Source: Tubiluchus corallicola (taxonomy: Eukaryota; Animalia; Priapulida). From it: DNA of 64,000 nucleotides. Below, one piece after another: positions 40,201 through 53,665 of the stretch. The position numbers and the translations under genes are program-made. Position 1 is the first letter of the stretch. Every line of letters begins with the position of its first letter. The stretch lies in NCBI GenBank assembly GCA_030141605.1, contig JAQGDQ010000019.1:620001-684000 (forward strand), written 5' to 3'. Below the pieces are notes generated by a model. That model ran no database searches. It was given only the letters and a program-made list of their open reading frames with translations, and was not told where the DNA came from.

Positions 40201-43200
40201 TGTTGGCTACATCAACTTGCTTTCTGCTCACTTAGTTAATAAACCAGATGTAAGATTACAGCCTAAATATTTTTATTATGACTTTGCATATATAGTATTG
40301 TAATGTTTTGACTACCGATGTTTGCATGGTGAAAAGCAAAAACAGTAAAAAGAAGGGAAGTCAAGTGCATTGCTGAAAGGACCAGAATATTAGAGAGCAA
40401 ACATTGCTGGTATAATGGTTTAACTGGTTGTACCGGTTTTATTTCCGCATGCTGCTCAACTTTTTCGTTGTAAATATTCTATAGTTCTTAGCATTATATG
40501 TAGAGATTCTCAAGACTTGATTACGTAAATTTGCCAGTATCTATTAAAAAGTTGTAGGTAGCCGCAATTTAAACCTGAATAAAGTTAAACTTTACTTAAT
40601 GTATTTATGAATTCATTTCACCCAATTTTTATCAGAATAGAAAAATAAGAAACATATTATTTAATCAAAAATCTATACAATTTCTTCATTTTTCAGTAAA
40701 ATTTAGTATGCAGAACTTTTGAAATGTTACAGCTTCTAGATGTAAATAGTTTGTTAGGTGATACGTTACACTTTTTGACTTCATTATTCCTTGTATGTTC
40801 ATACAGATTGTAAGTCTGTAATTCCAAAGACTGTAATTACATTGATCAGCTGGTTTGCAGTAGACCTCAATCCAAAAAATGCAAAAACTTATTTTTATTT
40901 ATTTAGAACTTCTGTTTATTTTTATTAGAACATTTATTTTTATCAGAAATGTTGTTCAAATTAGAAAGTAGAACACGAAATGTTCCAAAGAAATGTTGAT
41001 GCAAAGGTCTTTAGTTGACAGAAGTTAAAGTCTTTGTTTTTGTTATTTAGGTGGCAGGTTTGTCTCAGGCTGAGCGAATCAGGTCTATACCTATAACACG
41101 CAGTACAGATACTGTGGACGAGATGTTAGACAATTACAGTACCGATACAGTATTACCTAACAATGATGCCGCAGTTATCTACACATGTGAAAATGGCTCA
41201 AATCAAGGTCACAGTTAACTACTGATTAATTTTTTTATATTAGATGTTATGTTTGTGTAGTCATGTTTCTGTAATTAAGAAATTGCATGTATAGATGTAA
41301 CTGATATGGATTAAGCCTGATAATGAGGTACTGGAAAATGTTTTTAATGGCTTAAAATTCCCAATTTCTTCAGTATGGGTAATTGATTAATAATTCTTTG
41401 ATCAGTCAGGTGAATTAATGAGATATGTTATCAGAGCACGCTGTAAAGATTTAGAATTAAGCAGTGAGATATGTCATCAGAGCATGCTGTAAAGACTTAG
41501 AATTAAGCAATGAGATATGTTATCAGAGCATGCTGTAAAGACTTTTAGAATTATTAATGCAAGCATAGGCTATGATTTTTTAGTTGATTTTACTCTAGTT
41601 GGCTTTGCACAGAGGTTTAACATTATAATATTGTTTTCATTTTTGTTCAATTATTAACTTTTACTTATCATTCGTTTTCTAATACTTTTTGTTTGTATAA
41701 ATAGTTTTAGGAGATGTAACACCAGAGTTTGTTATGGACTCATTAGGAAACTTCTGCATTTCTGGGTTGATGGCACAACGGCAATCAGCATCATTGCAAA
41801 AAGTAATTACAAATTGTATGGAATCCTTAAAAGGTATGACCTAAATGTTGTCTGAACTGTCAATTAATGTGCTGTTTTGCTAATTGTCTTGTAGCATAAT
41901 TTAATGTCATACAAAGTAATGTGATGCCAGGTTGTTAAATAATTGTTGTGCAAGTGTGTATTACTTGCACAGCCTACAAGCACATGTATGATTTTCTAAC
42001 AAATTGCAATGAGATATTTGACATACCGTCTAGTAGTTAAAAAGATAAGAAAACTTGCCATTGCAGACAATCATTATGGTTTGGAGAATATTTGTGAAGT
42101 GAGACTGTGTCTGAGGCATTGTTTGTTATTTATAATTGTCATATGTGTAGCAGACATAGCAGTCTCAGAAAATATATTTGATTTTTAAGAGTTTACTGAA
42201 AAATTCCAAATAATTGAGGTTATACTGAAAAACAAACAAATTGATCTTCAGGCATGCATTTGACCTCTAAACTGACTTAATAAAATTAAATCGTAGTCAT
42301 AGTTGTATGAAATGTAATGAATGCTATTCTAATTTTTTTACAGAATGTATTGAAATGAAGCTCAACAGTCAACTGAAAGACATTAGCTTTGTCCATTTAT
42401 TTCTAAGCAGCATGGCAGATTTTTCTGTTGTCAATACCATTTACAAGTCTTATTTCAGTATTAATCCACCTGCTAGGTAATCAGTTTTTTTATTTGTTAA
42501 CAAATTTGTTCAGGTTTGTAAGCCACTTAAAACTGACATATGGGGAGGCAGGAAAGCTTAGACATGATAGCTAGGTGGGTTAAATTGGATCAGATTCTAA
42601 GCTCAGTAGAATATCTATCATGTTGATGACATTTGTGAAAATGCTTTTGCTCATATCATATTAGACATATGTGTTCAAGTTCTCAAGGTGATATTGTTTT
42701 TTCTAAAAGATTGTTGGATTTTCAGCAATGACTCATTTCTCAGTGAGAAAGTTAGGAATTTTCTTCCATCTGAACAAGTGTGTGAGGAAATTAGTAGATA
42801 CCTCTGCATTCACAGCTCTCACTTCATCCATTTAAATATTTCTTAATACCTGCATCTTCAAAGCCATCAAGGTCATGCCTTATAAGTAATCTCAGATGTA
42901 GTTGCAGAAGTGGAAAAGACACTAAGCAAGTTTGATATTGACTCTGAATTATAATAGTGGTTATATTAAATAACTCTGCATCCATTAAGTATAACTTTTT
43001 CAAATGCTACTTTATGTAGCTGTTTATCATTCTATTTGTGTTTTCAAAAATATATAAGATTTGATTATATTATGCCCATAAAGCTGACATTTACATGTAG
43101 TGTACCACAGTTACATATCTTCTAGTCATACACGTTGTCTACATTTTTTACAGAGTCTGTGTTGAAGCTGTGCTTCCAGCAGGTGTGATCTTACAGCTAG

Positions 43201-46200
43201 ACTGCATAGGATGTAGAAATCATAATGAAAGACAGGCCATGCATGTTCAGTGCATTTCTCATTGGGCCCCTGCAAACATTGGCCCATACAGCCAAGCGAT
43301 TAGAGTAAATTTTGCACTTTTAATATTCTCATGTGCAGTTAACATTTATTATTTCTCTGATTTGTATTTGAAATGTACTACTTACTAAAACTTGTAGTAA
43401 ATTCATTAATAGTAGACTACCATCGGCAACAAGCATTTATTTTTGTCGCCATAAAATTTTCCCTAACTTTCCAAAATAAATAACTATTCTGCATTTTAGC
43501 ACTTACACATGTTTATATACTATACAGAGGGTCTTAATATGTTTCAAAGCAACATGGCAGATTTATAGTAAAGTCAGACCTTATTGCATTTACTGTTAAG
43601 AGTCCTTCTTAAACAATTCTAATTAAAGACTATTACAGTGCCTATTTTTATAATGATACTTTAATATGGAAATTCACTTATTGGTAATTCGTTATTAAAT
43701 AGCTTATGATGTGATGATGTTAATTAAATAGTAATTGTATGCAGGATGGTCGTTGGGTCAAGATATCTGGTCAGATTGGTTTAGTGCCCGGTTCTATGCA
43801 GCTGGTTGAAGGTGGCATTGGTTGTGAGTCTGCGTTGGCACTACGACACATTCAGCGGATTCTAACAGCACTTCATACAGGAGTAAACATGTTTAATGTT
43901 GTCTTCTGCATATCGTATGTCACTGATGAGAATTACATTCCAATTGCTAAGCATCAATATCGCTTGGCTGTACCAGAAAAGGAGGTAAGAGTTATAACGT
44001 AAACTATATATTGATGAGTTTAAACACATTTTTTGTAATAATTTAGTTAGTGTAATATAGCATGAAGAGATTAGAAATCTATACTAATGGCTTTTAGACA
44101 TGTATTTTCATAATTTTCAGCTTTGATCTAAATATTTCAACTTTCCCTAAGAAGGCTGCTACATTTTGTTTGATATTATGTTAGTTTTCAAAGTCTGCAG
44201 AAGTCCTGACAATTTAATCGAACGTATATTGTTGCTTTGATGTCCAACAATAGATACAAAAACAATATTTCTTTTCCAAATATTTTTATATTATTTTCAA
44301 AATCAACTAATTTGTTAATGAAAATCTAAAGTAGCTAGCCCCAACTCAAATGCCAACTCAGTAATAAATCTCAATTGTGAAAACACAGAATTAGAGACCC
44401 AAAGATTCGTATGCTAGAGATTTTGCACGTAGATTGGCCGTTACATGGAATTAACTGTTTTGTAACATAATTTATTATTAATCTTAGCTTTTTAAAATAC
44501 GATCTGTTGTATTTTCATGGTCAGACGACAAACACAGCCACAAGAAGCCATTCTTGTATCCACTGTGGTGCAGACATGAAGCCTTTGTGTTAATTATATA
44601 ATACTTGCAATTTTGTTTACTAGTCAAGTTTGTTATTTTCATATCATTTAAGTAATCGTAGCAGCCATATTGCAGTTTTGTTGTTACTACCTGCTTATTA
44701 TGTCTTGGGTTCTGACTGAATTTGCTTCTGAACAGATGCCATGCAATTCAAGTCTGTTTTCAGTACTTCTTTAACTTGTGTTTAAACATAATTCGATGTC
44801 TGTTTTTGCTTTCATGCAGTTATGAAAATTATGCTCCAATAAGCAATTTTTTACTAGGTACCATTTGGTGAATGTCCAAGTTCTTTGCACCCACTCATTC
44901 ATTATGTTGTTGTGCCTGCTTTACCTCGCGGTGCGCTAGTGGAGTGGGAAGTCACTGCTTTTACAGATTCTAGTCATTTTAACTGTAAGTAGTTTTCCTT
45001 TTGTGTATGTAGACCTATCAGCAAATGAATGTTCATGCACTCATCCACAAACGAAATACTTAAGCAACAAAGAAACATGCAAAAATTTTGTTTTACTGAA
45101 CTTTCTACTGTTGTGTAGTTTTAGAAAACTCTGTTAGTTTTAATAATGGTTGAATGGCAAGCATAAATGACTTGATTTTTTTTAAAATTTTAACTTTAAT
45201 TATGCAAACATGCTCATAAATACACGCACAGGTTGCCCATGCATACTTTTATTATACTGATAGCAATAAATGGTTATCATTGCAGACACAGAGACATTTG
45301 AAGATTTCTCAGAGTGCAGAATACGAAGCGAAATGCTTGCCAGTGATGATTTCAATGACTATGTTGCTAAAATTTCTGTAGGTGTGTTATAATTAGAAAT
45401 TATCAAATGATGTCTTTACCTCAGAGCAGCACATGGGACTTGGGTGTAATGTGTGTCTAAAAAAGCTTTGTTTCATTTCCTACTTGACTTAGTTTGCTTT
45501 TAAATCTAATGTTTTCTTCTTCTACTTTCAAATAATGCAGTAAATCAGATATTAATCAATTTATTAACTTCTGGCAGGTTTTTTGTTATTTTCTTGGCTA
45601 TTTTCTTACCCATGGGTTGTACAATGTATCAGATGATTCTTCTAGATTTTCTGTTATCTCACCAAAGATTTATTTTTTATCTTGGTCGTCCTGAAATAAT
45701 GCAAAGAACAACTGTTATTTGTCAAAATTTTCATAGAAGTTATAATTTTATAATGTATACAACCGTACCTGTGCCGGCTGGCAAGCCGCATTATAAGTGG
45801 ACAATTCTAGCTGCAGTAGGTGAGGTCTAGTTTCCCACTAACCCTGAATCCTGTTGATTTTTATTTTTCGAAAGGAGCAACTCGAATTTGCAAAATTTTC
45901 ATGAATAACCTTCGGAAAAAATCTGTTGCTGCAACTGCTTGAGTGCTTTCGAAAAATAAAAGTATAAGTACACTCACAGAATGAAAAAGAAATCACCTAC
46001 AAGTGCGGAGACTTTTATCGAAAAATACTTTCAATGAACAAACTGAGAATTACAGAACATATATAAAGGTCCTACCAACCACCTTTGTTGTATTGCTGTA
46101 TTCCTTATTTTCTGAACAAACAAGCACTCACGTGTGCACTCATTATTGATCATTGGAAGAAGCACCTCAATGGAACTAACATATTAAGACAACGGCAAAC

Positions 46201-48636
46201 TTTTTTGTTTTACTAAACAGAAAAACAGAAACAGCTTTACTGTCATGGACTGTTGCAAGTATAAAACAGTCGCGATTTCAAACACTTGTCGAAGCCGCAT
46301 TTACAGGTAGTGTTGACATTGTAAAGGTAACATGGCATACGTGATCTTAAACTTGTACTTCACTTATTTTTAGATATAATGAATATCGAATGGTATAAAA
46401 GTCTTCTGTCAAACTAACTCATTAGTAATGTGTAGATTCTGTGTTGTAGAGAACACTCACATTACCCCATTTAGATGGCTTAATTATAGATTATTATCTT
46501 GATTAGCTTACATAGATAATTAAACTGTTTGTTTGTTTTCACTGTTGTTTTGTATATGTAAATATGTAAAATATATATGTGAGCATTACAATTAATCGTT
46601 TTTCTGTTTTGCCAGTTATTAAACACAAGTAAGCTTTTTCAGTGCAAGAAAGTGCAATTTATAAATCTCGGACTTTCATTGCTTCTCCCCCGTTAAAGTA
46701 TCAAATGTTTCTTCAATTTCTGCCCTTTCTTTACATTTGTTAAATAAAATGGGAATTGTGTACTTCCAAGTTTCATTATCACCATACCATAGCTCTCAAT
46801 TTCATACCGTTCTATAATGCAGGAAGCTAATTTTAAAAAGCTTTGTTCCTAGCATGAATGCATCTGGTTATTGTAATAACACTTGCTTTAGCTGATTTTT
46901 TGTCTATTATTGTTGTTGTTGATGATGATAACGATGACAACTGCAATGCTAATCTTAATGATTTTGTTGATGTCGATGATAGTAGTGGCGATGACACTGA
47001 TGACAAAGCTGTTGGTGCTGCTGATGATGATGTTATAAGGATGACAACAATGATGATGAGTATGATGATGGTGATTTCTATGTAAAATAAAACTCATCTA
47101 ATTTTTACGATTAAATCGCTTTTCCGGTTCTTCTTGACAAGATGTTATTGTATCTATAAAATACTGTGGCAGTGTGAGACAGCTTGCAAATCTAGGCCTT
47201 TTTAAAATGCAAAAAATTACTGATTTTATTTTGCAGACACAAAATGTAGACCTGCAGATATTCAACTCGATTTAGACTTGTCTTCCTTGGCTTCTCACAT
47301 TGGATCGCATTTAATTGGAAAGCAACTGAAAGATTGCAACACTGTTGGCAACATGACTGTGTTCTATCCTGGCAAGACTTTCAGCTATCAAAATGTCATT
47401 CAGGGTATGAAAAATCTAATATTAAACACGTTTTGTTGGGTGTCAACATGTTCCTAGCTCTGATACAGTAATGGTGTTTTCCAGCAATTTAGATGTAATC
47501 GATAATTACAACACCTAAAACAGTTGTGTTTTGAACCAAACATATTTGTACTTGCTAACATTTTTTTGTTTTTAACAATTAAAAACTTTGTTTTTATCTT
47601 TGTTGTAGCTCAAATACTTATGCATTTCTTCTGGTTTTAGCAACAAAAATCTGTATGGTATTCGTACTTAAAGATTATGATTTTTTCCTTAATTTGTTTT
47701 TTTAAATAAAGTGATAATGATGGAACATGCCTCAACTTTTTAATTTTTTAGTTTTAAACCAACTCACTTGCATTAATATCTTCAAACCAAATTCTGCCGA
47801 GTTTTCATTATTAATTGACAAATGGCTGACGAGATAATTGCCAAACAAAATTAGCAAATAAAAATAGCAGAGTACTGGTGCAAAATGCTACATTGTGGTA
47901 CATGGCATTCAAAATCAATCATAATTTCACCAACATATTTAAAATTTTCCATTTTGCCTTTTTCTATTTAAAACACTTGGCATAATGTAGCTTCTTTTCG
48001 ATTGGGAAGTTAGACATGTTTTCTGTAAGCATTTTATCAATAGGCTGCACAACTCTGTGAGGACAAACAGAAGTGCTCTCGATTTATAACAGCAGTAAAT
48101 CTTAGTCTTAAGTAGCTTTAGATCAGATTAAAACTAGTCTGAATGAATAGTTTGACTTACAAACAAAGTCAGTGCTTAGTATTCACATTGCATAAGTGTT
48201 ACTGGAAATAGATAGCCTGTAACATAGCTAAATCTTACAGCTGACTGCACAACACAAATTGGTAAGTTCATATAAATAACATAAATCTTTTAGTACTGAT
48301 TACTGTGACCTTGAAATTCAGTCACAGTGCCATTCCTCCTAGTGACCATTTGCATTTTTTTTGTATCAATAAAAGCATCTTAATGTCGTGCTTAGATTAG
48401 TAATAGTCAATGTTATATAATTATTATAACGAGCATTCCTAATCATAATGAACACTATGCATAGTTTTTTATTCATTTAATTTTTTTATTTTACAGGGCT
48501 CCATGCTTCTATGAAATCCTCACTAAAAGGCAAAAAATTAACCATTAGTGCAATTCCTGTTTTAAAATTGGAATTTTCTTCTCGGACGTTTTCTATTTTC
48601 CTATACAGAATGTGTTCTACGATGCCTACAACATGA
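32872..48636 (+). CDS. DPH6: Diphthine--ammonia ligase (diphthamide synthase), long form with C-terminal Rid/YjgF domains, 15 coding exons, about 694 aa
   Basis: Exons: 32872-32894, 33836-33930, 34399-34583, 37376-37636, 39713-39804, 40156-40249, 41051-41207, 41711(or 41705)-41833, 42344-42476, 43154-43304, 43745-43984, 44858-44984, 45286-45381, 47237-47404, 48497-48636. Total 2085 nt, in phase. PP-loop MKVIALISGGKDS, then DELDSYMYQTVGH, GAILSDYQRVRVE, CGEGGEYET. Rid motifs NPPARVCVE, HWAPANIGPYSQA, SGQIG, LPRGALVEWE. The last three exons are supported by splice signals and phase only. Confidence 0.94.
34020..34269 (+). mobile_element. Retroposon 3' end with (ATT)n tail
   Basis: CR1-like terminal hairpin GACTAGATGACCTTTTGGTCTT, then AATAAA and an (ATT)n run at about 34193-34268. 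Confidence 0.55.
35232..37207. mobile_element. Internally deleted hAT-superfamily (hATm-like) DNA transposon with about 700-bp inverted arms, in a DPH6 intron
   Basis: Arms 35232-35932 and 36461-37166 are reverse complements. The spacer encodes transposase remnants CDGTNLNTGK (36001) and RPVQWPVYMLRMNKLLPRHL (36059), similar to DGT..QWxxCxLHxNELPLRHL. The right end reads TAGGATGTGG on the minus strand. The left tip is lost next to a (CA)n(TA)n run. Confidence 0.8.
41417..41553. repeat. 46-bp tandem repeat, 3 copies (DPH6 intron)
   Basis: AATGAGATATGTTATCAGAGCATGCTGTAAAGACTTAGAATTAAGC at 41417, 41463 and 41509. Confidence 0.92.
45766..46309. mobile_element. TA-flanked MITE-like element (DPH6 intron)
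   Basis: Left end TACCTGTGCCGGCTGGCAAG; right end reverse complement TACCTGTAAATGCGGCTTCGACAAG. Confidence 0.45.
46905..47075. repeat. Degenerate (GAT)n/(GTT)n low-complexity tract
   Basis: Imperfect trinucleotide run inside a DPH6 intron. Confidence 0.8.
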
Positions 48637-48795
48637 AATCTATGTAGTACAAATATTCTTACATAGAATATGTTCTACAAGATGTGCAACTTGAATTCTC
48701 CATACTGAACATAATGAATTCCTGTGCATAATGTGCTAAATTGCATTCTGCACAGAGCGCATAAAGCTTTTAAATTCTTTATAACAAAAACAATA

Positions 48796-48914
48796 TTCGT
48801 TTCATAAACAGCCCACTATATAATAAAGTTTATTAAATTGTTATAGGGAATGTTCGATTTCTCTAATAAAAATTTAATAAAATTTGTTATATAGTGGAGT
48901 GCTTATGAAATGAA
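48796..48914. mobile_element. About 120-bp palindromic MITE-like hairpin downstream of the DPH6 stop
   Basis: TTCGTTTCATAAACAGCCCACTATATAATAAAGTTTATTAAATTG pairs with AAATTTAATAAAATTTGTTATATAGTGGAGTGCTTATGAAATGAA. Confidence 0.7.
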
Positions 48915-51859
48915 GTACATTCCTACAAAAAATGTGAACTGTAATACTTATGAAGTGGATGCTACACAATGGACCTATTTCTGTCTAGAATGTGCTTTAC
49001 AATATAGCTGTAACATGACTTCTACATAGTCCACATATTCCTACAGAGAAGCGCTGTGTACAAAGTGTACTCTACACAGTGCTTGTACTTCACTCCAAAA
49101 TTGTACTGGTAGAGTGTTGTGGCAAAGAAATTATTTTTCATGTACAGATTATTTATATATATGTATATGTTAAAAATTAGTATGTGCAACATGTCTGCTT
49201 ATGTAAAATTGAATATAGTCGATGTTTATTTATCTTAAAGTTACCGTTTTCTTGTCTTTATTATAGTCAAAGGATTATAGTTCAAGAGATCGTGGTGTCT
49301 GCAGTAGTTTTACATATTGTATTACTTTTTTCATACATTATCATTATATAGGTTGTTTTAATTTTTGTCAGCAATTACATACAGGGTAAGTGAAAAATAG
49401 TGATATATTTTCAAATATTTCTTCAAACAGTCTGCAGCCATTTAATATAGAAATTGTTATTCTTATCATTGAAGAATTTTCCAGATTTGTTAAATAAGCT
49501 GTTAGTTTTCTCATCATTAGATTTAGTTTGAGAAAAATAAATTATTTTGAATCAAGGAAGACGAACTGTCGTTATGTCAGCTTGGCTGACAAGTTAACCC
49601 ACAATAAATCTGGTTGGCAAATGCCTTGAGTATTCTTCAAATTCCACTTGGTGATTTACTAATAATGTATGAAAGAAAATTTATAAACCTAATCAAACTG
49701 ATTATCTCTGCAATTTAGCACACTGCATGTATACTTTGCATTACACATTAGTGCTGTTATTGCGCACATTGTTCATCTGGTGATACGCTATGATGATATT
49801 GTTGGTTTCATCCTACGGTTAGAGTGAATGTTGTGAGCTAGATGTTTATGCTTATATAAGTTAATGCTATGCCTATGCCAAATGTAGCCAAAATTCATTA
49901 TCTGGCATTCAGATTGCCATGCATGTGAAAGTGCCCCAATATAAAAAACTGTATATTGCCATAAAAAATGACAAGTCTTGTAAATGTGCGTTGCATAAGT
50001 TGCTTGACTAAGTATATCTTAGTAATACAGTTACTGTAGCTTGTAACTGATAATGTTTTACCTAACAGTATTAATTAACTGTAATAATACTGTGTAATAA
50101 AATTAACAGCAAAAAACATTAATTTGCATATATGATATTCTTTATCATTGATGTAAAATTGAATTAAGTACGTGTGTGATACGCGCCAACTCAACTATTA
50201 TTTAGGTATTCCATTTAATGCATGGTTTGACTATTTTTCTAATCTAATTTATAATTTATATACATTTATAAATATGTAATACATTGACAAATTCAACATT
50301 ACATGCAGCCGTAGTTCAGCACAATCACAACATATAAAACAATTTGTCTAGTAAAAAGGAAGATGTATCATCACACGAAATTAATGTTAATTAATATCGT
50401 GAGTAGAATACTATCGGCACTCTATCAAGTTTATACAAATATTTAGTTTTAGGTACAGTGAGTTGCATCATAAGAGAAGTGGATATATTGAACATAGTCA
50501 GCATTTACCTTCGGGAGATTCTAGTACCGCACGATTAAGAGGTTTAACGGCATTCAATCATAAGTGATGATGATACGGTCAGCTCAGGATACACCCTGTT
50601 TTGAGTCGGGGTCATTTCTGGATACAAAAAGTCGTTGGTGGGCATTATTTATGTATTTATTATCGAGATAAGTATTTATTTTGCTACCAGTACAAGAATT
50701 TCGAAGGTAATTACTGTGGTAATGTTTAACATATTTGCTGTTTTCTGCAAGCAATGCTTGGGAGTCTACACATGATTGTCACGACAAAATTTGCTTATCT
50801 TTAAGACTTTAACCAATAATTAAGCTGCACCAATCAAATGTTTACCAAAAGTTGTTTGCTATCGCTTTCAATGTAATTTAATTTAATTTAATTACACTTA
50901 TAAAGCGCACTTTCAATAATTAATTATTTCAAGGGGAACTTCACATAATAATAATATTAGATAGTAATGACAGCATTACAGTAAAAACGACAGGCATAAA
51001 ACATTTCATAAAAATAATAACACCTACACGTCATAAATTATAATGCAACTGAAATAAATACTTCTTTTGGGTATTTTTTGAAAATGACTAATGATGGACA
51101 AAATGATTTTTTGTGACGGTGTGGATCATATAGGACAGGACAGTACGGCAATTGTTGTGCTGCACCAAATCAACTCCTGAGTGTAATCTAGTAATTTGGT
51201 GTAGTTTGCTAAAACAATCAGCCAATTCTACAAAGCTTGAATAGTTTGTAGGTTTATTCTGCTTTATTTCACCTGAACGTTTAATTAGTTTCCACGGGGC
51301 TTTATCCCTATCTCTAAAACTCGTAATATCTATCCATACTTTACTATGATTTGCGTGATACTGAGGAATCTGCGCGAACTTAAATCGCTGAAGTCTATTG
51401 ACAGTTCTCTACCTTCAAGGGATACTGGTAATTCAGAGTATCGACACATTCAGCACCGGGCCAATCATTAGCGACTTGTTTGTTGATTTTACTAGTCTTT
51501 TAGCCTCTCAGAAAGTGTGCTCAATTTCGCAAATTAGAATTTCGATATTTTTATTGCATCTTATATTTTCTGCAGCATTCCTTAGCTGCGCTAAATATCT
51601 CCTTGAACGTAGAAAACGAATTCGTTTTCGTCACCTTTTAGGCCTCTCGCAGTCTCACGTCACGACATCAGAGCATAAATTATCTGCTCGGGGCACACAA
51701 TGGCCTCAACATTACAGCGCATTTAATACGTAATCCTACTGCTAATGGAACATGATCCGATATAAATCATTCTGTGTTGACAATGTTTAGAAACTTTATT
51801 ATTTGGCAACAACGAAAGCTGTCACTAATTGAAAAGATCTGTCAAGCCGCCTAAATTTA

Positions 51860-51945
51860 GCTACCATGGCTTAGCATGGGAACAGACTTGTAGTCAAAGA
51901 TCCCAGGTTCAAAATTCGACTCTTGATAAACTTTTCACGTTTCCA
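51860..51945 (+). mobile_element. tRNA-derived SINE-like head
   Basis: A-box-like TGGCTTAGCATGG, stem-loop GACTTGTAGTC, B-box-like GGTTCAAA, then CTTTTCACGTTTCC, which is shared with a minus-strand copy near 56000-56048. Confidence 0.5.
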
Positions 51946-53246
51946 TTATTTTAATACGCCATCCAAGTACAACAATAATAATGTTGTAACTGCAACGTCA
52001 TTATGCTCACAGTATTGCTGTTGTATTCGTGCGAACTAGCAGTTTATTTTGTTAGATTTTTCACTTGGTTATCTCTTAACTCACTTCATTGCCTATGGCA
52101 GACAGCTTATGGGTATTGATGGTTTCTTGAAGATCAAAATAAGACTTCACCACTAACTGACTGCATTGCGTAATTGCTTTGTAACAACTTCGCTTCAATA
52201 AAAGCATAACGATTCTTAAGTTTCAAAGAGAAATTTGATAGAAAACGGGGGGTAATTGTAAGAAGAGTCGAAATAATTACAGCAATCTTTCATGAATGTC
52301 TGTTGCAGCAGGACGTAAAAACAAAAAAAGCCTCGAACTTTATATTTAAGAAAGAAATGCTCAACCATTTGCACAGTTTAAGAATGGATAGAGAGCACTA
52401 ATCTCTAACTTCTATGCTCCTAATTTTACGTCTTAAACTATTACAATACAGTTAACGAAATCACTGCATTTATATAGTAGGCAGGTAAAGATGAGAGAGT
52501 ACCTAAAACAAAATGTAATAGAATTTTTCTCTTCAAATTCTGTTAAAATATGGTTTCAAGTAGTATCTTCAACAAAAAGTCAGCCAAAATAGGGATCGGC
52601 ATTTTTGAGATATACGCATACTGTAGCCAAAAATCAGTTAGGCTTATAGGCGTAACTCCTGAACCATCGAGCATAGATGAAAAATATACGTGCATTATTG
52701 GCTGTTGGGAATGTGCACCATAAAGTTCCATAAATGTTGTCGTTTTTCATCTATGACATCATTATGACGTCACAAAAACATTATGACGTATTAAGAACAT
52801 ATCAGTACTTGCAACAGCATTTAATATCAGTTCACACATGGTTGACCTTGCATGTCGGCATTGTCTATTCACATCATTTCCTCGACATCAAGATTGTGCT
52901 TGTGACCGCCTAAAGTCGACTGTATCAGGCTCGATGATTTAAGAAATATAACAGATTTTTGGGTATTTGTGCATGCGTATATTGCAAAGTACTTTTTCCG
53001 ATTTTTGTGGAGTGTTGTGAATAATAACCGCTTAACATTCTTCTAAGAACTAACGAAAGTAAAAGAGCGAACTAAATTACATGTACTATAATTCAGAAAC
53101 TTCTTTCATGCTGCAATGACCACAATCATATCGCTCTTGAGAACAACAAATTAATAAGGAGTTACTGACTTAGCTAACTGACTAGTCATCTATTGATAAC
53201 TAATTAATAAGCAAATGTGGGGTTGGCTTCATAAGGGAAAGGTATT

Positions 53247-53665
53247 TGTGACGAATACTATTACATTGTGTTTTGTGCTGTTCGACTCTCACTCAGATTC
53301 ACTCAGACTCAAAGATAGTGTAAGTCCAGATTTGCTGGTTGATAAAAGTTTATTTTAACAACAGTTCTTTAAGTTGATAAGAAAGCAGAAACTGCTATAA
53401 CAAGAAGAATTGTAGAATCAAAACAGCACACAAGAAATAAAAGATAACAATTCAGGATGTAACCTATAGGCGATAACGACACACTTGATGTTAAACATGA
53501 GAAAAGAACGTCTTCTCTCGTCAGAAGCCAAGCAGGAATCCCCACGAGCTCTTATAGTTTGATCGCAAGGAAAACTTCTAAAAGCGCCTTCTGGGCACAG
53601 TTTAGCAAAAAAGTGTAGTGACCTGCGTTGTGTTGCTATAAGCTATCGAGCTTAGACATGTCACG
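53247..53665 (-). mobile_element. Possible solo LTR
   Basis: Inverted termini TGTGAC...GTCAC(G). On the minus strand, TATAAG near 53556 lies upstream of AATAAA near 53354. No clean TSD. Confidence 0.35.

Noticed and set aside
51860-51935. Functional tRNA gene
   Set aside because: The acceptor stem and T-arm do not pair and the B-box is degenerate. Better explained as a SINE head.
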